Source of the DNA: the human T2T-CHM13v2.0 reference genome, Homo sapiens
Reading direction: 5' to 3' (one strand)
NCBI RefSeq assembly: GCF_009914755.1
Contig: NC_060933.1
Length of the DNA: 64,000 nt
Positions 44,800 through 64,000 of this stretch are shown here, in pieces (position 1 is the first letter of the stretch; each line of letters starts with the position of its first letter). The notes below the pieces were generated by a model that ran no database searches, was not told where the DNA came from, and saw nothing but the letters and a program-made list of their open reading frames with translations. The translations under genes were made by a program, and so were the position numbers.

Positions 44800-46442
44800 T
44801 GCCAAGGCTTGAGTAGGTAAACAAAGCAGCCGGGAAGCTCAAACTGTGTGGAGCCCACTGCAGCTCAAGGAGGGCTGCCTGCCTCTGTAGACTCCACCTC
44901 TGGGGGCAGGACATAGCCAAACAAAAGGCAGCAGAATCTTCTGCAGACTTAAATGTCCCTGTCTGACAGCTCTGAATAGAGTAGTGGTTCTCCCAGCACA
45001 CAGCTTGAGATCTGAGAACGGACAGACTGCCTCAAGTGGGTCCCTGATCCCCGACTAGCCTAACTGGGAGGCACCCCCCAGTAGGGGCAGACTGACACCT
45101 CACACGGCCAGGTACTCCTCTGACACAAAACTTCCAGAGGAACGATCAGGCAGCAACATTTGCTGTTCACCAATATCCACTGTTCTGCAGCCTCTGCTGC
45201 TGATACCCAGGCAAACAGGGTCTGGAGTGGACCTCCAGCAAACTCCAACAGACCTGCAGCTGAGGGTCCTGACTGTTAGAAGGAAAACTAACAAACAGAA
45301 AGGACATCCACACCAAAACCCCATCTGTACGTCACCATCATCAAAGACCAAAGGTAGATAAAACCACAAAGATGGGGAGAAAACGAGCAGAAAAACTGGA
45401 AAATCTAAAAATCAGAGCGCCTCTCCTCCTCCAAAGTAATGCAGCTCCTCACCAGCAACAGAACAAAGCTGGATGGAGAATGACTTTGACGACTTGAGAG
45501 AAGAAGACTTCAGACAATCAAACTACTCCAAGCTACAGGAGGAAGTTCGAAACCACGGCAAAGAAGTTAAAAACCTTGAAAAAAGATTAGACAAATGGCT
45601 AACTAGAATAACCAATGCAGAGAAGTCCTTAAAGGACCTGATGGAGCTGAAAACCATGGCACGAGAACTACGTGACGAATGCAGAAGCCTCAGTAGCCGA
45701 TTTGATCAACTGGAATAAATGGTATCAGTGATGGAAGATCAAATAAATGAAATGAAGTGAGAAGAGAAGTTTAGAGAAAAAAGAATAAAAAGAAACGAAC
45801 AAAGCCTCCAAGAAATATGGGACTATGTGAAAAGACCAAATTTACGTCTGATTGGTGTATCTGAAAATGATGGGGAGAATGGAACCAAGTTGGAAAACAC
45901 TCTGCAGGATATTATCCAGGAGAACTTCCCCAATCTAGCAAGGCAGGCCAACATTCAGATTCAGGAAATACAGAGAATGCCACTCCTTGAGAAGAGCAAC
46001 TCCAAGACACATAATTGTCAGATTCACCAAAGTTGAAATGAAGGAAAAAATGTTAAGGGCAGCCAGAGAGACAGGTCAGGTTACCCACAAAGGGAAGCCC
46101 ATCAGACTAACAGCTGATCTCTCGGCACAAACTCTACAAGCCAGAAGAGAGTGGGGACCAGTATTCAACATTCTTAAAGAAAAGAATTTTCAACCCAGAA
46201 TTTCATATTCAGCCAAACTAAGCTTCTTAAGTGAAGGAGAAATAAAATCCTTTACAGACAAGCAAATGCTGAGAGATTTTGTCACCCCCAGGCCTGCCCT
46301 AAAAGAGCTCCTGAAGGAAGCACTAAACATGGAAAGGAACAACCGGTACCAACCACTGCAAAAACATGCCAAATTGTAAAGACCATCAAGGCTAGGAAGA
46401 AACTGCATCAACTAACAAGCAAAATAACCAGCTAACATCATA

Positions 46443-47172
46443 ATGACAAGATCAAATTCACATATAACAATATTAACCTTAAATGTAAACGGGCTAAATG
46501 CTCCAATTAAAAGACACAGACTGGCAAATTGGATAAAGAGTCAAGACCCATCAGTGTGCTGTATTCAGGAAACCCATCTCACATGCAGAGACACATATAG
46601 GCTCAAAATAAAGGGATGGAGGAAGATCTACCAAGCAAATGGAAAACAAAAAAAGGCAGGGGTTGCAATCCTAGTCTTGGATAAAACAGACTTTAAACCA
46701 ACAAAGATCAAAAGAGACAAAGAAGGCCATTACATAATGGTAAAGGGATTAATTCAACAAGAAGAGCTAACTATCCTAAATATATATGCACCCAATACAG
46801 GAGCACCCGGATTCATAAAGCAAGTCCTTAGAGACCTACAAAGAGACTTAGACTCCCACACAACAATAATGGGAGAATTTAACACCCCACTGTCAACATT
46901 AGACAGATCAACAAGACAGAAAGTTAACAAAGATATCGAGGAATTGAACTCAGCTCTGCACCAAGCAGACCTAATAGACATCTACAGAACTCTCCACCCC
47001 AAATCAACAGAATATACATTCTTCTCAGCACCACACCGCACTTATTCAAAAACTGACCACATAGTTGGAAGTAAAGCACTCCTCAGCAAATGTAAAAGAA
47101 CAGAAATTAGAACAAACTGTCTCTCAGACCACAGTGCAATCAAACTAGAACTCAGGATTAAGAAACTCAGTC

Positions 47173-47192
<20 letters not shown>
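46443..47192 (+). pseudogene. L1 ORF2 endonuclease domain, open for 249 codons, terminating inside the SKA2 insert
   Basis: MTRSNSHITILTLNVNGLN...CIQETH...SKTDH...LSDHSAIK; the catalytic GDFN motif reads GEFN. Confidence 0.9.
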
Positions 47193-48710
<1,518 letters not shown>

Positions 48711-48713
48711 TGA

Positions 48714-50922
<2,209 letters not shown>

Positions 50923-51388
50923 ATGATAGACTGGACTAAGAAAATGTGGCACATATACACCATGGAATACAATGCACCCATAAAAAATGATGAGTTCATG
51001 TCCTTTGTAGGGACATGGATGAAGCTGGAAGCCATCATTCTCAGCAAACTATCACAAGGACAAAAAACCAAACACCACGTGTTCTCACTCATAGGTGGGA
51101 ATTGAACAATGAGAACACATGGACACAGGAAGGGGAACATCACACACCGGGGCCTGTTGTGGGGTGGGGGGACGGGGGAGGGATAGCATTAGGAGATATA
51201 CCTAATGTTAAATGACAAGTTAATGGGTGCAGCACACCAACATGGCACACGTATACGTATGTAACTAACCTGCACGTTGTGCACATGTACCCTAAAACTT
51301 AAAGTATAATTAAAATAAATAAATAAAAGTAGAATTCAGCGATAACAAGTAAAAAAAAAAAACAAAAAACAAAACAAAACAAAAAAAC

Positions 51389-52466
51389 AGCCAAATGAAA
51401 ATTCTGAAGCTAAGGAACACAATCACTGAACTGAAAAATTTCATAAAGAGCTTTAATAGCAGACTCAATCAAGCAGAATAAATAATTAGTAAGTTCAAAG
51501 ACAGGTCATTTGAAATTATCCAGATAATATCCTCTGAATTTATCCAGTCAGAAGAAAAATGATTTAAAAGAGGATGGAAGGCCTATGGGATTTATAGGAC
51601 ACCAACAAGCAAACCAATATATGGCTTATGAGAATCACAAAAGGGGCAGAAAAAGAGAAAAGAGCAGAAAGTTTATGTAAAGAAACGATGGAAATTTTCC
51701 CAAATCTGGAGAGAGAAAGAACATTCCAATCTGTGAAGCCCAAAGAATCTCATATAAATTAAATACAAAGAGATCTTCACAGAGACACATTAGAATCAAT
51801 TTATTAAAAGTCAAAGACAAATGGGGGTGAGGGATAAAAGACTACAAATTGGGTTTGGTGTATACTGCTCAGGTGATGGGTGACCAAAATCTCACAAATC
51901 ACCACTAAAGAACATACTCATGTAATCAAATACCACCTGTTCCCCAAAAACCTATGGAAATATTTTTTTTAAAGTCAAAGACAGAGACAGTTTTGAAAAG
52001 GAGCAAAGCAAAGGAACTCATCACATACAAGGGAAACTCCATAAAACTGTAAGTTAATTTCTCAGCAGAAATCTTTCTGGCTACAAGAAAATGGAATGAT
52101 ATATTTAAAGTGCACAGAGAAAAAAAACTGCCAATCAAGAATACTACACATGATGCTGGTATATTCAGAAACAACGGAGAAATAAAGATATTCCCAGACA
52201 ACAGAAGTTGTGGGCATTCTAGATTCATTCTACAACAAATGCTAAAGGGAGTTCTTCAAGTTGAAATGAAAGAACATTAACAACAAACAGTAAGGTAAGA
52301 ATATAGTCAAATCCAAGGTACACCAATACTATAATAGTAGTGCATAAATCACCTTTAACCTTAAATTTTTTAAAAAAAGTTAAAAGACAGAAGTATTAAA
52401 AATAACCATAGCTGCAATAATTTGGTAATGAATACACAATATATAAAAGATTTAAATTGTAGCATC
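51389..52466 (+). mobile_element. Old L1M ORF1-region fragment (continues at 57297-57570), containing an L1PB 3'-end insertion at 51820-51970
   Basis: Degenerate L1M ORF1 (agcagactcaatcaagcagaa...gacaggtcatttgaaattatccag); inner TSD aaagtcaaagaca at 51807-51819 and 51971-51983. Confidence 0.72.
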
Positions 52467-52482
52467 AATAACATAATATGGG

Positions 52483-57280
<4,798 letters not shown>

Positions 57281-57569
57281 AATAACATAGTATGGGGAGA
57301 AAAGATAAAGTGTAAAGTTTTCATATGTAGTAAAAGTTAAGTTGTCATAAGCTTCAAAATAGACTACTATAATTATAAAAGGGTTTGTGTAGCCTTGTGG
57401 TAACTACAAAGAAAAAACATGTAGTCAATACACAAAAGAGAAAGAGAAAGGAATCAAAGCATACCACTACAAAAAAAAAATCATTCTATCATAAAAGAAG
57501 GAAGGAGGAGATTAAGAAAGGAAGAAAGCAACTACAAAAGAGTAGAAAAACAATTAACAAAATGTCAGC

Positions 57570-59522
57570 AGTGATAAACAACTTTAGTAAAGTTTCAGGA
57601 TACAAAATCAATGTACAAAAAGAGTAGCATTTTTATACACTAACAATGTCAAAGCTGAGAGCCAAATCAAGAGCACAATCCCATTCACAATCACCACACA
57701 CACACACACACACGCACACACACAAAATACCTAGGAGCACAGCTGACCAGGGAGGTGAAAAATCTCTACAATGAGAATTACAAAACACTACTGAAAGAAA
57801 TCAGAGATGACACAAACAAATGGAAAAACATTCCATGCTCATGGATAGAAAAAAAATCAATATTGTTAAAATGGCCATACTGCCCAAAGCAATTTATAGA
57901 CTCAATGTTACTTCTATCAAATGGCCAATGACATTTTTCACATAATTAGAAAAAAACTATTCTAAATTCATATAGAATAAAAAAGAGCCCGAATAGACAG
58001 AGCAATTCTAAACAAAAAGAACAATTCTGGAGACATCACACTACCTGACTTCAAACTATACTACAAGCCTACAGTAACCAAAAGAGCATGGTACTGGTAC
58101 AAAAACAGATATGGAGACCAATGGAACAGAATAGAGAACCCAAAATAAAGCCACAAACCTACAACTAACTGATTTTTAACAAAGTTGACAAAAAACAAGC
58201 AACGGGGAAAGGACTCCCTATTCAATAAATGGTGCTGGGAGAAGTGGCTAGCCATATGCAGAAGATTGAAAATAGACCCCTTCCTTTCACCATACACAAA
58301 ATCAACTCAAGATGGATTAAAGATTTAAACGTAAACCCAAAACTATGAAAACCCCAAAAGAAAATCTAGGAAATACCATTGTGGACATCAGCCCTGGCAA
58401 AGATTTCATGATGAAAACGACAAAAGCAATTACAACAAAAATAATGATTGACAAATGAGACCTAGTTAAACTAAAGGGCTTCTGCACAGCAAAAGAAACT
58501 ATCAACAGAGTAAATGGACACACTGCATAATGGGAGAAAATGTTTGCAAACTATGCATCTGGCAAAGGTCTAGTACCCAGAATCTATAATGAACTTAAAC
58601 AAATCAGCAAGTGAAAAACAAACAACCCCATTAAAAATGGGCAAAGGATATGAACAGACACTTCTCAAAAGAAGACATATACGTGGCCAATGAACATATG
58701 AAAAAATGTTAAACATCACTAATCATTAGAGAAATGCAAATCAAAAGCACAGTGAGATACCATCTCACACCAGTCAGAATGGCTATTATTTAAAAATCAA
58801 GAAATAACAGATGTCAACAAGGTTGCAGAGAAAAGGGAATGCTTATACACTGTTGCTGGGAATGTAAACTAGTTCAACCACTGTGGAAAGCAGTTTAAAT
58901 ATTTCTCTAAGAACTTAAAAGAGAGCTACCATTCGACCTAGCAATCCCATTACTGAAAATATACCCAAGGGAATATAAATCGTACTACCATACAGACACG
59001 TGCATTGCAGCACTATTCACAATAACAAAAACATGGAGTCAACATAAATGCCCATCAACAGTAGACTGGATAAAGAAAATTTGGTACATATACACCACGG
59101 AATACTACATAGCAGTGAAAAAGACTAAGATCATGTCCTTTGCAGCAACATGGAGGGAGGGAATACTACATAGCAGTGAAAAAGACTAAGATCATGTCCT
59201 TTTCAGCAACATGGAGGGAGCTTGAGGTCATCATCCTAAACAAACTAACACAGGAACAAAAAAACAAATACCACACATTCTTACTTGTAAGTGGGAGCTA
59301 AACATGGAGTATGCGTGGACACAAAAAAGGGAACAATAGACACCAGGGTCTACTTGAGAGTGGAGGTTGGGAGGAGGGGGAGGATCAAAAAACTACCTAT
59401 TGGGTACTATTCTCATTACCTAGGTGATGAAATAATCTGTACACCAAACCCCCATGACATATAATTTACCTATATAACAAACCTGTATATGTCCCCATGA
59501 ATCTAAAATAAAAGTTAATAAG
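57570..59522 (+). mobile_element. 5'-truncated L1PA16/L1PB-like element
   Basis: ORF2 remnants ([12 protein letters not shown]), 3' UTR ending atctaaaataaaagtt. Confidence 0.85.
59099..59220. repeat. 61-bp direct tandem duplication inside L1
   Basis: ggaatactacatagcagtgaaaaagactaagatcatgtccttt(g/t)cagcaacatggagggag twice. Confidence 0.93.
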
Positions 59523-60748
59523 AAAGGAAATACAAAAAAAGTTTTAAATGTCTAGAAAACATTAAAGGGCTTAATATCATTAGTAATCACAAAAATCCTC
59601 ATTGTAAAATCAGAAGATTCTACCACACACCCACCAGAATGGCTAAAATGAAAAAGACTGACATCACTAAGTGTCACAGATGATGTGAAGCAACTAGAAT
59701 TTTCATACATTGCTGATAGAACTATAATTTGGTGCAATCTCTTTGAAAGCCAGTTTGGCAGTACAATATATACTAAAATTGAAGATAGGGACATCCTAAA
59801 ATCCAGAGATTCCACTCATATGTAAATATCCAACAAAAGAGTACCCAAGTGTGCCAAGAAACACACACAAGAATGACCATCAGGTATTACTTCTAATGGC
59901 CAAAAACTGGCTGCCCCTTCAGCAATAGACTGGATGAATAATACATCATATCTCCATACAACAGAGCATCTCACAACAAGGAAAATGAACAAACTACAGC
60001 TTTATACAACAATCTAAATGAATCTCATTTTGGATGTCAGAACTGTGGACATCATGGTAGTGTGTAGCAGTATCTCATTATGTGGTTATTGAAATCAATG
60101 AAGTAAAGATACATATAGAAAACTGCAGAAAACATAAGTAATTGCCCAGTGAATTATTAATATTACAGAATGAATGTCTGTATATCACTTCTCACACAAG
60201 AAGTAGAACATTGCCAGCCCTACCAAACTCTTCCTCTTGCCTCCTGCCAATTATTACTCTTCTCTTCTCCTCTAAGGTAAATAACCAGTATCCTTTTTCT
60301 CTAACAGCTCCATAGTGCTGGAGCAACTGGGCAAGAAACAGAGGTAAAAGTCATCCAAATCAGAAAGAAAGAAGTAAATTGTCTCTGTTCACAGATGACA
60401 TAGATTTATATGCAGAAAACCCTAAAGAATCCATGAAAAATGATTAAAACTAATGAACAAATTAATTAAAGTTGCATGATGCAAAATCAACACACAGAAA
60501 TCAGTAGCATTCTATACACTAACAATACACTATCTGAAAAAAAAAAAAAAACAAAGAAAATAATCCCATTTACAATAGCATCAAAACCAATCAAATCTAT
60601 AGGAATCATTTTAACCAGGAGGATAAAAGACCTGTACACTGAAAACTACAAAATATTGATGAAAGAAATTGAAAAAGACACAAATAAAGGGAAAGATACC
60701 CAGTTTTTATGGACCAGAGGAATTAACATTGTTAAGATGTCCATACTA

Positions 60749-62462
<1,714 letters not shown>

Positions 62463-64000
62463 GTGAAAAATCTCTACGGTCAGTCACACCTTTCTCTCCA
62501 TCATTCTCTGAGCTCCCGTCCCACTTGGTCTTCTTTCAAGTCTTCAAATGCGCCATCTGCATTCCCACCCCCAGGCCTTTCCGCGTGCCATTATTCCCAC
62601 CTGACACACTTTCCCCCACACTTTTGTTTAGTTAATTCTGACTCTCCCTGCGGGCTTTATGAAAAAAAAAAAAAAAAAAGGACCATGGCTTGTTCACTGT
62701 TGTATTCCAAGCTCTTAAACTTAAGCCCAGAACATAGTAGAATATAATAAATGCTACTTACATGAACTAAAGAACATTTTGCTAACGTAAAGGACAAGTT
62801 AGCCAGGTTGCAGCTTCCCACCCCATAGTCATTTATTCCCCACAGCCTGAGCCACTTAGCCATCCATTCTGATCTCTTGGAGAGTAGTTCTCAATCCTAG
62901 ATGGACATTACAAGTAGTTTTTAATCCTCACAGCTTTTAAGAATCGCCTAAGCCTGGGCCTGTCTCCAAGAGTTACTTTCCTGAGCGCTTACTCCATGCT
63001 GAGCCCTGGCCTCAGGTTGCTGTTAGTCTAGGACAGCATCAGACACAATCGTCTGTTTCCTTACGTCAGATTCATACTACTATATACACATCTCAAAGAT
63101 GCACAAGGGAAAGAGTACTCCTGTCGCAGAGGCAGGAAGGCTTCCTGCAGATAGTAGTATTTGAGCTTGTTTTGCAACAAACAGTACCAGGTAGACAAGG
63201 AAGGGGCAAGACATTTCAGGCAAGAGGACCACTGTGACATATTAGGAGAATCGCAAGAAGAATGTGGGTTTGTGCAGAAGGGTTTCAAAGATTCTAGTGC
63301 ATAGTAATAAGTAAATACATACAAGACAGAGTCCTAAAGAATGGATGAGGAAGGTGAGCCAGAAGGATTCCTGTCACTGAGGAATATGATTGTCTTCCCC
63401 ACACAGAGCCTGGGGACCCACTCAGCCAAATTTCTCCAACCTCCCCAGGCACCAAAATGTGAGTCATCCCGGCATTCCCCTGCCACCATCTGTCACAAGG
63501 TCCCCAAAGGATGTGGAGAGAGTCTCCATGGACTCTGGGACAGTGGAAAGGGAAGGAGGAGGCAGGAAGAAAACAGAAAGAGCCATTCCCTCAGGGGCTA
63601 CAAAGACTATAAGTCCCCCTGTTACTACCTCTGGACTAGGGCATGTCCCTGCTACCTCCCCCTGCCAGTCTCATGCCACAGGCTGCACTGAAGCTGCTCT
63701 GCTGAAAGAACTCCCCACCCACCTCCACTATTTAGGTATGTCCTAACAATCCAATAACCACATGCCTTTGCAATGACAGCAGCTGCTGTCTGAACCAAGA
63801 CATATTAAATGTCTGTGTCCTGGGGAGGATGACCTAAGGACTTGGGCTTGTTAAGAAAAGGGCAAGCCACATATTGAGAAATGCCAGGAGGCCAGCCCCA
63901 CCGGACTCAAATGCGTTCATGAGTAGAGTGGGGCCTGGAGAGCAGAGGATAAGTCAAGACAGAGTTCAGCAGAAAGCTAGCAGGAAGAGGCTAAGGAACC

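Noticed and set aside
63390-63720. Cluster of CCC/GGG motifs suggesting an EBF-rich promoter for the next OR gene
   Set aside because: Matches to the O/E consensus are imperfect and there is no paralog or gene in the window to support it

Overview
Primate, almost certainly human, genomic DNA from an olfactory-receptor cluster. I recognise the two intact single-exon receptor CDSs as OR1L4 (9313-10248) and OR1L6 (35174-36109, with an upstream in-frame ATG at 35066), which places the window at human 9q33.2. The two genes sit in an old tandem duplication (about 1.3-15.5 kb versus 27.0-41.0 kb). Its flanks are clearly diverged and carry different Alu/L1 insertions, while the CDSs are homogenised (293-bp perfectly identical tract), indicating gene conversion. 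The rest is dominated by LINE-1, Alu, LTR and DNA-transposon relics, with an almost continuous nested transposon block at 44.3-62.5 kb. The most striking structure is a full-length L1PA4-like element with a SKA2 processed copy (intact 121-codon ORF, poly(A), 13-bp TSD) inserted just after the ORF2 endonuclease domain; this is probably the already annotated SKA2P1. Other non-canonical retrotransposition products: a two-step 3' transduction (5535-5854), a TSD-flanked retrocopy of an LTR-like polyadenylated RNA end (19783-19964), an L1 with about 300 bp of foreign 5' sequence inside its TSD (52483-52783), and a two-Alu chimera in one TSD. I found no convincing new multi-gene system. Repeat subfamily names come from recalled consensus sequences and need RepeatMasker/Dfam confirmation.
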